NCBI GenBank assembly: GCA_964654645.1
Contig: CAZZJO010000048.1
Span: forward strand, 400-64,399
Reading direction: 5' to 3'
Source: an uncultured Verrucomicrobiota bacterium
Lineage (GTDB): Bacteria > Verrucomicrobiota > Verrucomicrobiia > Limisphaerales > CAZZJO01
Length of the DNA: 64,000 nt
A model generated the notes under the pieces. That model did no database searches, was not told the DNA's origin, and worked only from the letters and a program-made list of their open reading frames with translations. Below, piece after piece: positions 1 to 10,840 of the stretch; the first letter of the stretch is position 1, and the number at the start of each line of letters is the position of its first letter. The translations under genes and the position numbers were made by a program.

Positions 1-2
1 CT

Positions 3-2930
3 GCAAATACACCTGCGCTACGGCATGCCCGAGTAAGGCGATTGTATTTAGACGGAACAGGTACACTTTGGATTAACACCTACGATGGTTCATTGACGGC
101 GTACCGGGATCGCCAATTCACTCTAGAATTCGAAGGTAGCGGCGGGGCAGATTCCACTGCTACCTTAATCGGCACTAACAATAAACCTGTGTTCTTGCTC
201 TATTCTGGTGAGCTGATCCGGTGGTTGGGACCAAGCAACTGGCAAGTTATCAAGCCACCCGGTGCAGGCAGCCGGGTTATTGCTCTTGAAGGACCAGATG
301 GCCGAATTTGGTACAGGAATACTAATCAAGCGCTATTGTGGATCGAGGGCACACAAATTAAACCGGCACCGCCTTTGCCGTTGAAAGGGAACCGCATTAA
401 CGTGCTAGTCCGTGGGCAAAAAAACCAAATTTGGCTCGGGACGGAGCGTGAACTTGGTGTTTGGCAGAATGGCGAGTACCGGGACATGACCCCCACGAAT
501 GGGGAAAATGAAGTGAATGTGCTGTATTTAAAACCTACTGAAGACGGGGTTTGGGTTCTAGCAAATGGCCGACTCCGAAAGGCGCAAGATAAACAGTGGG
601 TTTACGAAGCACTCCCATGCAGAGACGTCTTCACCGGAGCTGTAGACCGGTTAGGAATCGTACAAGACCACCGCAACGGAACGTGGGTTTACCATTATGG
701 CAAAGGCCTTTTTCATATCCGGGCCGATGGTTTGTGTCGCAAACTCGAGCTAGAAGAGGAATTCCCAGGCGAACGTGTCGACAGCTTCTTTTGCGACCGG
801 GAAGGGAATTTGTGGGCAGGGGTAGACCGCGGAGGATTGGTGCGGATTCGAGAGCGTGTGTTCGAGGTTTTGGCTCCAGGAACCACTCCTGCAGCCCGGT
901 CAGTGGTATCAATCGCAGAGGATTTCCATGGCAACCTCTGGGTGGGTACCTACGGTGCAGGATTATACAAATGGTCAGACTCTAGGTGGCAACGCATTCC
1001 ACTGCCCTGGGGTGAACGCGGAGGTTTTGTATTCAGTGTTTGCCCAGACAGTTCTGGCAGAATATGGGTTAGCGCTGGCGAAGAAGATTTAATAATCTTA
1101 ACCAACAATCGAGCGCTAACAGCTCCGAACTGGCCCCACGGGGTTAAAGCAATCCTAGCAGCGCGGGACGGTCGCGTCTGGATCGGCACAAAAAACGAGT
1201 TGATCTGCTGGTCAAATGGCACATTTAAATCGTATAGGACAGAAGAAGGTGTAAGACGTGTGGATTTCCGCGCACTAGCAGAGGATCGCCTGGGAAGTAT
1301 CTGGGCGGGAACAGGTGATGGCACCCTGTACAAACTCGGCCCAAACTCCGTGGAAACGTTCACTCCCCCCGATCAGATCCTAACACCAATTTGGTCGTTG
1401 TACGTAGACGAAAACACAGTATGGGCAGGTACATTTAGAGGAGGCCTCCTCGTTTATAGGAAGGGTCATTTCACTCGCATCACCAAAGCCCACGGCCTGC
1501 CCAACGATGTGATCGCTCAAATATTGGAAGACGATAATGGCAACATGTGGTTTGGTTCCCACCAAGGCATATTTTTTGCACCAAAGGCGCAATTATTGGC
1601 AGTAGCCGACGGACTCACTAATTGGATCGAGTGCATTACTTATGGCAAGTATGACGGTCTACCTTCTCTTGAGTGTTCAAGTGGTTACCAACCAGCAGCT
1701 TGTAAAACCAGTACAGGACTGCTCATGTTTACAACCCGAAACGGAATCGTATGCATTGATCCACGGCGATTGTCTCAAAACAGAACACCACCACCGGTTG
1801 TCATCGAAAGCGTTAAAGCCGACGGGGTCGATCTGGACATAACATGCCTGAAAATGACTAGTAGTGAGTCCTCATATTCAAACCCTACATGCGAAAGCGA
1901 ATATCGTGTAAAAGTACCGCCCGGCACCCGACAGATTGAATTCCAATACAATGGCTTGTCCTTGGTTTCGCCCGATCGGGTCCGATTCAAATACAGGTTA
2001 ATAGGGCTTGACCAGCAATGGGTTGATGCAGGCAACAGACGGTTTGCCCAGTACAGCTACGTGCGGCCAGGCAAATATAGGTTCGAAGTAATGGCATGCA
2101 ACAATCACGGTGTCTGGAGCTTAACACCTACATCATTGCTAGTGCATGTACAACCTCGGTTTTATCAAACTAGTTGGTTTATCGGCGCTACCGTGCTGGT
2201 ATTGGTTGGAAGCATCGCAGGTATTGCAAGACACCTGTCCATCCGCAAAATGCGAAAGACCTTGGATCTTCTTGAACGACAACGCGAGCTTGAACGCGAT
2301 CGACGCAGAATTGCAAATGACATCCACGACGAACTTGGGGCTGGCCTCACGCACATGACTCTATTGTGTGAGCTGGCACGAAGATCGCCACCAGAAACAG
2401 CAAGTGATTATCTAGTCCAGATCTCACAAAAGGCGCGTGAACTCACATCCGCAATGGACGAGATCGTTTGGGCTGTCAGCCCTCAAAATGATACCCTAGA
2501 AAGCCTCCTTTCGTATCTAACAAAATTTGCGATGGATTTTCTAAAAAGTGCGGGTATTAGATGCCGCATTGATGCACCCATTCATGTACAGCCATATGCC
2601 TTAGACGCCGAAACCAGACATAACCTCTTTCTCGCCGTCAAGGAAGCCTTAACTAACGTCATCAAACACGCACATGCAACCGAGGTACAAATCTCCTTTG
2701 GCATCACCCCACACTCGCTCACAATCACCATCAAAGATAATGGTCAATGGCTTAGAAACCAATCACAGCACGCCGAAGGGCGAATTCTTTCCGGCCACGG
2801 AATCAAAAGCATGGAAAACAGACTTAGAGAGTGCGGTGGCATCTTCTCTATCGAAAACAAACCTCACGAAGGAACCACAGTGACGCTTTGTATCCCATTG
2901 AAAGAAAAGCTAAACACCTATCACGAATAA
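3..2930 (+). CDS. Sensor histidine kinase with beta-propeller / Y_Y_Y sensor domain (5' end cut by window edge)
   Basis: The frame is open from the window edge, with no in-frame stop upstream of the TTG at 42. Repeated propeller-type segments are present (..IWLGT.., ..LWAGV.., ..LWVGT.., ..VWIGT.., ..IWAGT.., ..VWAGT.., ..MWFGS..). A Y_Y_Y-type segment follows (VRFKYRLIGLDQQWVDAGNRRFAQYSYVRPGKYRFEV), then one TM helix. After that come a HisKA_3 H-box (RRRIANDIHDELGAGL) and a HATPase_c domain (GHGIKSMENRL...GGIFSIE). Confidence 0.85.
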   Translation, partial: ANTPALRHARVRRLYLDGTGTLWINTYDGSLTAYRDRQFTLEFEGSGGADSTATLIGTNNKPVFLLYSGELIRWLGPSNWQVIKPPGAGSRVIALEGPDGRIWYRNTNQALLWIEGTQIKPAPPLPLKGNRINVLVRGQKNQIWLGTERELGVWQNGEYRDMTPTNGENEVNVLYLKPTEDGVWVLANGRLRKAQDKQWVYEALPCRDVFTGAVDRLGIVQDHRNGTWVYHYGKGLFHIRADGLCRKLELEEEFPGERVDSFFCDREGNLWAGVDRGGLVRIRERVFEVLAPGTTPAARSVVSIAEDFHGNLWVGTYGAGLYKWSDSRWQRIPLPWGERGGFVFSVCPDSSGRIWVSAGEEDLIILTNNRALTAPNWPHGVKAILAARDGRVWIGTKNELICWSNGTFKSYRTEEGVRRVDFRALAEDRLGSIWAGTGDGTLYKLGPNSVETFTPPDQILTPIWSLYVDENTVWAGTFRGGLLVYRKGHFTRITKAHGLPNDVIAQILEDDNGNMWFGSHQGIFFAPKAQLLAVADGLTNWIECITYGKYDGLPSLECSSGYQPAACKTSTGLLMFTTRNGIVCIDPRRLSQNRTPPPVVIESVKADGVDLDITCLKMTSSESSYSNPTCESEYRVKVPPGTRQIEFQYNGLSLVSPDRVRFKYRLIGLDQQWVDAGNRRFAQYSYVRPGKYRFEVMACNNHGVWSLTPTSLLVHVQPRFYQTSWFIGATVLVLVGSIAGIARHLSIRKMRKTLDLLERQRELERDRRRIANDIHDELGAGLTHMTLLCELARRSPPETASDYLVQISQKARELTSAMDEIVWAVSPQNDTLESLLSYLTKFAMDFLKSAGIRCRIDAPIHVQPYALDAETRHNLFLAVKEALTNVIKHAHATEVQISFGITPHSLTITIKDNGQWLRNQSQHAEGRILSGHGIKSMENRLRECGGIFSIENKPHEGTTVTLCIPLKEKLNTYHE

Positions 2931-2951
2931 CCGCAGCATCAAACCATAAAC

Positions 2952-3620
2952 ATGAAAATCCGCGTTTCAATCGTAGAAGATAACGACCAAGTCAGAGAAA
3001 GCCTAGCACGACTAATTAGCCTGTCCGATGGCTTCAAATGCGTCAGCCAACACCGAGACGGAGAATCCGCCTTGAAAGAAATACCGTCTGTCAAACCCGA
3101 TGTGGTGCTCATGGATATAAACCTTCCCGGGATGAACGGGGTGGAATGCGTCCGACAACTAAAATTGCTTGTTCCTGAAACTCAGATTGTAATGCTAACC
3201 GTATACGAAAATACCGAGTTAATATTTAGTGCTCTTGCCGCTGGCGCTACTGGGTATCTTTTGAAACAGACCCCACCAGATGAATTACTCAACGCAATCC
3301 GGGATGTCTACAAAGGGGGCTCACCAATGAGCAGCCATATCGCACGAAAAGTCGTAGCCGCTTTTCAACAAAATTTCCCAGCCACTCAAAACACCGAAGA
3401 GGTAAAACTCACACCACGTGAAGAACAAATTCTGGACCTGTTAGCAAAAGGATACCTGTACAAAGAAATCGCCGAAGCCTTGGGCATAAGTTATGACACC
3501 GTACATGCACATATCCGAAAGATTTATGAAAAACTTCACGTTCGGTCACGCACCGAAGCTGTAGCCAAACACCTATCCCGAAGACAATGGTTCCTACCGC
3601 CTTTTACGTCCTCCAGATAA
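2952..3620 (+). CDS. NarL/FixJ-family response regulator (REC + LuxR HTH)
   Basis: ATG lies 21 nt after the kinase stop. REC domain: KIRVSIVEDND...PDVVLMDINLPGMNG. C-terminal LuxR-type HTH: LTPREEQILDLLAKGYLYKEIAEALGISYDTVHAHIRKIYEKLHV. Confidence 0.9.
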   Translation: MKIRVSIVEDNDQVRESLARLISLSDGFKCVSQHRDGESALKEIPSVKPDVVLMDINLPGMNGVECVRQLKLLVPETQIVMLTVYENTELIFSALAAGATGYLLKQTPPDELLNAIRDVYKGGSPMSSHIARKVVAAFQQNFPATQNTEEVKLTPREEQILDLLAKGYLYKEIAEALGISYDTVHAHIRKIYEKLHVRSRTEAVAKHLSRRQWFLPPFTSSR

Positions 3621-4140
3621 CATTCGTCCTGCAAAAAAGCTAGTTTTGAAAATAAAACAAGCTGAATACCCCATAGACTCCAGGCCTGGCCCACAAAAAA
3701 CCTCGCTCAGCCAGCACACATTCTTCGTCTAACCTCACACCCATATTTCCTATCTCAATAGCCAATTACTTAACTTGTAGTCGGCAAAAATAAACGGAAC
3801 AAACGCTCACCCAAACCTCCGAGAAGATGAATCACAACAGTTAGGGTAGAAAAATGATTTAGACCGTGCCTGAGCCACCATGTAGTAGGCAACCCTAGTC
3901 TTACCGCTTCAACTAGCATTTACTCCATGCATTTGGGTAGTAGAATCTCCTAAATAAAGCTAAGATTACGAAAAATTTGCAACTGGGGCGATAATTCCCA
4001 TTTAAATGTTGCCCCCTGTAGTAATTTCACAACGAAATCAGGACGTTTTCCCGTTCCCCACTCTATCTGGCAGAAGCGGCAAGGCTCTCATGGGCAAACA
4101 ACTAATTTTTGGGGTTCAGAGCTTATCTAACAGCACTTAC

Positions 4141-4179
4141 AAAAAATCCGCCACCCCACCCAATTGGGTGGGGCAGCGG
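4141..4179 (-). terminator. Rho-independent terminator downstream of gap
   Basis: GC-rich hairpin CCGCCACCCCACCC-AATT-GGGTGGGGCAGCGG at 4148-4179, 14 positions with 2 internal mismatches. On the minus strand it is followed by A-UUUUUU (4141-4147). It sits about 28 nt after the gap stop. Confidence 0.6.
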
Positions 4180-4206
4180 CAAAGCACATTCTTAATTAGT
4201 ACTCAA

Positions 4207-5265
<1,059 letters not shown>

Positions 5266-5707
5266 CTACCATATACCGCCAAAGTACTCGGGTCAATCTC
5301 GAATAACCCGGGAAAAGGAAACCTCTCCAGGTTTTTTGATTTGGGCATCTATTACACGTGGAAATTGACTTCTGCATACCTCCACCTTCCCTCCAATCAT
5401 TGTTTACGATACCTAACAACAGCTCAATCGGGGGAAATACATTAATTTTCCAGGCTACACACGGTGATACAAAGATGAGCCACCTCATGCGAAGGAGTAT
5501 GCACCACATTCGGATACATCCATCGCTCAGCTTTGCTTGTCCTCCTGAGTGCATAAGATCCAGGCCATAACGGGGAATTTTTCAGCTTCCTCCACCCTTA
5601 TGTGCCTGAGGCACCGGGTTCAATGGGCAGATTCCACATACCTAAATAGTTGTAAAAGAATAGGCCAAAGTGTAGCATAAATACCACAATCAACCTCTTC
5701 TCATGTC

Positions 5708-6166
5708 ATGTATCGAGTAATAGGATCGGACGGGAAAGTTTACGGACCAGTGGGAATTGACGTCATCAGTCGCTGGGCTGCTGAAAACCGACTGAACGCC
5801 TTCACGCTTGTCCAAAAGGAAGGCACCACTGAATGGAAACCGTTGTATCTCTACCCTGAATTGCTCTCTGTATTAGAAGCGCAAGTCAGCCCGCCCTATC
5901 CTGATAGAACAAGCCAGCTGCGCGGGGCGGAACTCAAGATTATCGCAGGGATTTGTGGGATCTTTTTGGGTTGGTCAGGCCTCCACAAATTTATTTTGGG
6001 ATACACGCGAGCGGGACTAATAATGCTACTTTCGAGCATTCTCACGTGCTTCTTGGCAGGCTGGATAATGTGGTTAATAGGTTTTGTGGAAGGGGTGTTA
6101 TACCTTACAATGTCCGATGATGAATTTGTCCACAAATATATCCAACACCGCCGAGAATGGTTCTAG
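5708..6166 (+). CDS. GYF_2-domain / TM2-domain membrane protein
   Basis: N-terminus has the GYF_2 (DUF4339) pattern: YRVIGSDGKVYGPVGIDVISRWAAENRLNAFTLVQKEGTTEWKPLYLYPEL. C-terminus is a TM2-type double-helix region: GICGIFLGWSGLHKFILGYTRAGLIMLL... Confidence 0.7.
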   Translation: MYRVIGSDGKVYGPVGIDVISRWAAENRLNAFTLVQKEGTTEWKPLYLYPELLSVLEAQVSPPYPDRTSQLRGAELKIIAGICGIFLGWSGLHKFILGYTRAGLIMLLSSILTCFLAGWIMWLIGFVEGVLYLTMSDDEFVHKYIQHRREWF

Positions 6167-6240
6167 GCAAATGAGATACAAAAACCGAGTGGTCATTTCA
6201 CTCTTGAACCAGAAAGGGGCAAGCACAAAAGCAAAAACCG

Positions 6241-7467
6241 ATGTTCCCCGGGAAAACTTCAGAAACTGAAATAATCAAACAAGCTACCTCTTTATTCCAA
6301 AGACATTTCAAGTATGCCCCGCCACACACAGTCGCCGCTCCAGTTTCAATTCCATTGTTTGGGATTGAAACCCTTCCTGCTGGCGGTTTAGTGGCATGTG
6401 CAGTCGTTAATTATTACGTGGCAATTGCTGCAGATCCCACCCCAGATGGCAAGGTAAGAATCGCATTTTCGTACTCGGACGAACCTTTTACTGCCTACGT
6501 TGACGCTCTTTATAGTGAACCCTGGCCAGCTGGTTTGATCCCACTCCGCGAAACACTGATAACACTACAAAAACGCGGAATACACTTCACAGGCTTTAAA
6601 GCAGCTGTGGCAGAGGAAATCCCACATCCAATTAAACAAGCCCGAGACGGCGCTCTCATAGTTGCCACCTCACTCATGGTTAGACGGTTACGCAGACTCG
6701 CTCTTACACCTTGCCTGAAAGCAAAACCCATCCTTGATGACCTCAACCGAGCACTCCCGCTCACCTCCGAAGAACGCATAAACATCTCCGAATTGGCCGG
6801 AGAGGCAATTAAACATGGCGGATTAACATGCCACCCGCTTGCTACTGTCAAACCATTACTTTATGCCAAACCATCCACTCTCGTGGTTCTAGATACCATT
6901 GACCAAGCAATTGAATACATCCAAATACCGGGAGTTTTGCTTTTATTAGCGTGGAGCGAAAGCAGCGGGCTAGGGTTTTTTCCTGATCTTGACCTCTTCA
7001 ATCATGCATATCTAAATGTGGCACGTCTCACTGGTCATTCATTACTACGCAAAAGCGAACCACACCAGCTGGCACAGTATAAAGCCTACCTTGACCAAAT
7101 GGATTACGCCCTGTGCCTCCACACGCTTTTTGAGATTCGCCGTATTGCAGCACTTTGTCGGCTTGCTGACCAACCTGAGACCGCTTTCACAGTGGGCCGT
7201 CTGTTTACGACCCGAACCCAAGAACTAAGCAGTACAGCTCCGAAGTTTGCACCCTACTTAACACAACTCCTCGACTCTATTTCAAGGATTTCTGGAATAC
7301 TGGGTGCAGGAGTATTGATGGGTACCATTATGCCAACCTTAACATGTATCGTGGAAGCTCACATGATTGAAACTTGCTACGATTCTCTAAGTAAGGTGCT
7401 TAAAGAATCATGGGGCAAAAATCGGGAAATTTGGGTGAGCACACCAATCGGGGCCTTAAAAGTTTGA
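6241..7467 (+). CDS. Galactokinase-like (GHMP-fold) protein with degenerate catalytic motifs
   Basis: The N-terminal 80 aa run parallel to E. coli GalK. SLFQRHFKYAPPHTVAAPVSIPLFGIETLPAGGLVACAVVNYYVAIAADPTPDGKVRIAF compares with [60 protein letters not shown]. The [18 protein letters not shown] and GGGFGG motifs are not conserved. Length (408 aa) is GalK-like. Confidence 0.6.
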   Translation: MFPGKTSETEIIKQATSLFQRHFKYAPPHTVAAPVSIPLFGIETLPAGGLVACAVVNYYVAIAADPTPDGKVRIAFSYSDEPFTAYVDALYSEPWPAGLIPLRETLITLQKRGIHFTGFKAAVAEEIPHPIKQARDGALIVATSLMVRRLRRLALTPCLKAKPILDDLNRALPLTSEERINISELAGEAIKHGGLTCHPLATVKPLLYAKPSTLVVLDTIDQAIEYIQIPGVLLLLAWSESSGLGFFPDLDLFNHAYLNVARLTGHSLLRKSEPHQLAQYKAYLDQMDYALCLHTLFEIRRIAALCRLADQPETAFTVGRLFTTRTQELSSTAPKFAPYLTQLLDSISRISGILGAGVLMGTIMPTLTCIVEAHMIETCYDSLSKVLKESWGKNREIWVSTPIGALKV

Positions 7468-8205
7468 CCGAGCATTCTCCTCCTTAATGGCAACAGCTTT
7501 TATTATCCACATTATACCCCCGAAGATCTCAATCTGAGTCTCCACACGGTACCCAACTTTGACCAACTCATTTGCGATCGTTTTTTGAGTAGGGAAATTA
7601 TGGATTGACTCCAGTAGGTACCTGTAGGCCCGAGGGCAACCTGTTACCGACCCACCTATCAAAGGTACAATCCACCGCATGTAAGCAAAATACACCCATT
7701 GTACCCCTTTCCATCGAGGGCGCCCAAAATCTAACAAAACAAAACACCCCCCGTTTTTTAAAACCCGGTGGACCTCCGAAAGCACTGCCTTCCAGTCCAA
7801 AGTGTTTCGAAGTCCATACGCACAAGTGGCTATTTCGAAACTATTATCAGGGAACGGTAATGCCATAGCATCACCCACAATGAATAATAGGTTGTCGTTA
7901 CTGGTTCTATCCCCTCTCTGCCTCTGGCGCGCCCGTGCTAGCTCCAGCATCGGTAAACTAAGATCTACACCTATCACTGTTGCACCAGCATTTTTTAATC
8001 GGTAGGCCACATCTCCTGTACCACAACAAAGGTCGAGCGCCTTCGAACCAACCCGTACCCCCGCCAACTCAACTAACTTGTTTTTCCACCATCGGTGTAG
8101 GCCAAAACTTATTAGATCATTAGCTAAGTCGTACCTGTGAGCTATCCTCCCGAACATTTGCACTACTGCATTTTCGTTCACACTGGCCCTTTGCTTGGGA
8201 ACCAT
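7456..8205 (-). CDS. ubiE: Demethylmenaquinone/ubiquinone methyltransferase (UbiE/MenG family)
   Basis: UbiE N-terminal signature VQMFGRIAHRYDLANDLISFGLHRWW. SAM motif I: ALDLCCGTGDVA. Also FGLRN..D and LKNGG. The 3' end overlaps the convergent 6241..7467 gene by 12 nt. Confidence 0.85.
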   Translation of the reverse strand: MVPKQRASVNENAVVQMFGRIAHRYDLANDLISFGLHRWWKNKLVELAGVRVGSKALDLCCGTGDVAYRLKNAGATVIGVDLSLPMLELARARQRQRGDRTSNDNLLFIVGDAMALPFPDNSFEIATCAYGLRNTLDWKAVLSEVHRVLKNGGCFVLLDFGRPRWKGVQWVYFAYMRWIVPLIGGSVTGCPRAYRYLLESIHNFPTQKTIANELVKVGYRVETQIEIFGGIMWIIKAVAIKEENARSNF

Positions 8206-8215
8206 TCGAGACGAT

Positions 8216-8770
8216 CTAGTCCTTAGAGGTTGAGTTGACTTTCTTAAGGTAAGCCGCGGCCATCAACACATACTCCATGGCACGCTGTCTGAGCTGGTTC
8301 TTTTCTTCCTCGGTAAGAGTCCGAATAACACGGGCAGGGGTTCCTACCACTAAAGACCCAGATGGGATCCTAGTACCTGGTGTCACAACCGCTCCAGCAC
8401 CGATAATGGTCTGGTCTTCAATAACAGCACCGTCTAAAATGATCGCTCCCATCCCAATAAGCACCTCGTTACCCACTGTACAACCATGCAATATCGCTCC
8501 ATGTCCGATTGTTACATAATCACCCACCATACATCCCTTTGTATCCAAAACATGAAAAACTACATTGTCTTGGACACTAGTGCACCGGCCAACCACAATC
8601 CTATTTATGTCAGCCCGCAGCACTGCCCCAGGCCAAACACTAGATTTGTCCCCGATCTCCACATCACCGATTAACACCGCTGTAGGCGCAACATAAACGT
8701 CCTTCCCAAGGCGCGGTGTTCTCGTAAAGTGTGCTGCCAACAACTTTTCAAGCTCAGCTAGGTCAGTCAT
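8216..8770 (-). CDS. Gamma-carbonic-anhydrase-like / hexapeptide-repeat (LbH) protein
   Basis: Left-handed beta-helix hexapeptide repeats: VYVAPTAVLIGDVEIGDKSSVWPGAVLRADINRIVVGRCTSVQDNVVFH...IGHGAILHGCTVG. Start placed at ATG 8770 (MTDLAELE...) rather than the track start at 8833. The stop lies 10 nt upstream of ubiE, so the two are probably co-transcribed. Confidence 0.8.
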   Translation of the reverse strand: MTDLAELEKLLAAHFTRTPRLGKDVYVAPTAVLIGDVEIGDKSSVWPGAVLRADINRIVVGRCTSVQDNVVFHVLDTKGCMVGDYVTIGHGAILHGCTVGNEVLIGMGAIILDGAVIEDQTIIGAGAVVTPGTRIPSGSLVVGTPARVIRTLTEEEKNQLRQRAMEYVLMAAAYLKKVNSTSKD

Positions 8771-9898
8771 ATTGATCCCTTTAAAACATGCCTCTCCCAA
8801 TTGTGGCAACCCTAAATTTTGGTCTACACCCATGCTTATGTGTCAGAGGTAGCCGCATCCATAAATGGGCGAACCATCGGATCAAACCAACTCCCACATC
8901 GCTGCCGCTATAACCCAGCGGATATTGGAGTTTGAGACATATCTCTGCACTCCACATCAAAGCACCTGAATTAACCCACGTCCCTAGCTCAAGCCCTGGT
9001 GTGAAATCTACCCTCTCCATCTCACCTTCCCAACGCCCTCCTACCACGAACGTCATCACACTCCCACCAAACATTGATCATACTAATACCACGCCTAAGT
9101 CTGCATTCAACTATCCGCGCCCTCACAAACGCGGCTACGTGAGAAAAATCAAGTTTTCTTGTAGCTGCCGTCGTAAGACGGTGGATTAATTCCACGGTGA
9201 CTCGGGGGCTGATAGCGGGTTTATGCGGCGACTTACCTCGGCGGCTACCAGTTTCCACTTTTTTCCCAGTAGCCACCGCCGTGAGGCGGTGGATTTAAAG
9301 GGTTGTCGATTACTTGCCACATCACCGCTGAAAAGCCAACAGCTAACCACACTTAAACCTGGTGTTCCGTACACAGTATGAACTTTCCGGCCTATCCGCG
9401 TTGTTACGAGCGCGGCTGCCTTACATGACAACTTTTCCGTCTCCCAGCTGCAATTGTCAAAGGAACATCTATGGCGGCAATTATAACTACAGGGTCATCT
9501 TACATACACCCGGCCGCTTACTTTAATGCGTTACAAACGGAAAGCCTCATTGATGTTGGGCACTCCCCTTACTTTTGACTCTATTGCCTTCAGAGAAAAA
9601 TGGTTTTTAACTGAAGCCATTTAGGCAGTTCGGAATAAGCACCAACCCGATAAGTTTGAACCCCTTACTCTTAATTGTGGCTGGCAAAATAAATTTACTT
9701 CCCCTGGACTGCACTTATACCCACGGGTTGGGTCGTTACAACAGGAATACACTCCTACTGCCCATCATCGCAGCCGGTCTGCTAGTTGGGACTTTAAGAG
9801 CCTCGGAATCAAGACACAGCTCTAAAAACCGCGGATGGTCATGGCGAGAAACTCACCTAAACGCCATCAGGATAAGACAAACAACCCGTGCGGGTATG

Positions 9899-10663
9899 TC
9901 ATTGGGGTGAAACGTGCTTACGTTTTAATACCTGAATCGCAGCAACGATACAAAGCATTCCCACCAATACCATTGTTGTTGGTTCGGGTACGGCTTCTAT
10001 TTCCAATGCCCATTTCTGCAAAACCGGTGTGCCCCCTAACACCGACCAATCCATCACCCATAAATACCATGTACCAACAGGGTTTATGTTTTTAAACACT
10101 TCGGTGAGTGCCAAGCGTTGTGCAGCAGCATATTCGTACCAAGGAGCTCCAGGGTTTACATTACGACCATCTGGTTGCCAAGTGCCTGTAAGTCGGTCTC
10201 TTCGATCCATCCGACGTGGATACAAGTAATACTTATGGATGTCCGCAGTTGCATTATCCGCTAGTGTCACAACAAATCCATTGTCAAATCTAGTGATCCA
10301 CCCGAAATACGGGTCAGCACGCCCTGGGCGATTTATTAAGTAGATGGAAGGGCCGTTTTCGCCAGGAGCCTGAAGCTTGACCACGGTGTCATAGTTATTG
10401 CCACCGGTAATCTGAAGCTGTACCCGTAATCCAACCAGTAAATCGAACCCCCCTTGAGAAGGCGCCGATACTTGCAGAGGTATTTTCACCCATTGCTGGA
10501 CTCCAAAGGTCACAGGCGGACCATCATAAGAAAAAGTGGCAATTGCTCCAGATGCAAAAGGGACCACGCTTGCAATAAATCCTGCACAAAGCTTAAGTAA
10601 AACAAAGTTCCTTACAGCGCGTCGTCCAAAACCAAAATCTGGTTGAAGGCGTCCTCCTGTCAT
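9899..10663 (-). CDS. Secreted P-domain-like (proprotein-convertase P-domain type) protein with PEP-CTERM anchor
   Basis: N-terminal hydrophobic signal (FVLLKLCAGFIASVVPFASGA). Jelly-roll pattern typical of P-domains: LRVQLQITGGNNYDTVVKLQAPGENGPSIYLINRPG...NPVGTWYLWVMDWSVLGGTPVLQKWALEIEA. C-terminal PEP-CTERM sorting signal: VPEPTTMVLVGMLCIVAAIQVLKRK. Confidence 0.7.
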   Translation of the reverse strand: MTGGRLQPDFGFGRRAVRNFVLLKLCAGFIASVVPFASGAIATFSYDGPPVTFGVQQWVKIPLQVSAPSQGGFDLLVGLRVQLQITGGNNYDTVVKLQAPGENGPSIYLINRPGRADPYFGWITRFDNGFVVTLADNATADIHKYYLYPRRMDRRDRLTGTWQPDGRNVNPGAPWYEYAAAQRLALTEVFKNINPVGTWYLWVMDWSVLGGTPVLQKWALEIEAVPEPTTMVLVGMLCIVAAIQVLKRKHVSPQ

Positions 10664-10840
10664 ATTTCTTCTCTGCTATTACATGTACTAACCCGCCCTC
10701 GCCAAGAAATATCTTTTCTCCCATGCATAGGGTTAAAGTCGTAATGCCATCCGTAAACCTTTGGATAACCTATAAGTAGGCACCGCTTTCTGCGCACGGG
10801 TGTGTTCCAAAAAACAGGCAGCGGATGCCGCTGATGGGGT

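Noticed and set aside
9100-9520. RNase P RNA or tmRNA in the long gap. Cues were GGCCGGAAAGUUCAUAC on the minus strand, resembling the GGAAAGUCCGGGC core, and GGGGGCUGAUAGCGGGUUUAUGCGG on the plus strand, resembling a tmRNA 5' end.
   Set aside because: The other universally conserved RNase P blocks (AGGGUGAAA.., GGUAAGAGC, ACAGAACCCGGCUUA in the proper order) are absent, and the CR-I-like match has substitutions at invariant positions. For tmRNA, the GGnUUCGAC element, a tag ORF and the 3' T-arm/CCA-proximal acceptor are all missing. The region is kept only as an unclassified candidate RNA.
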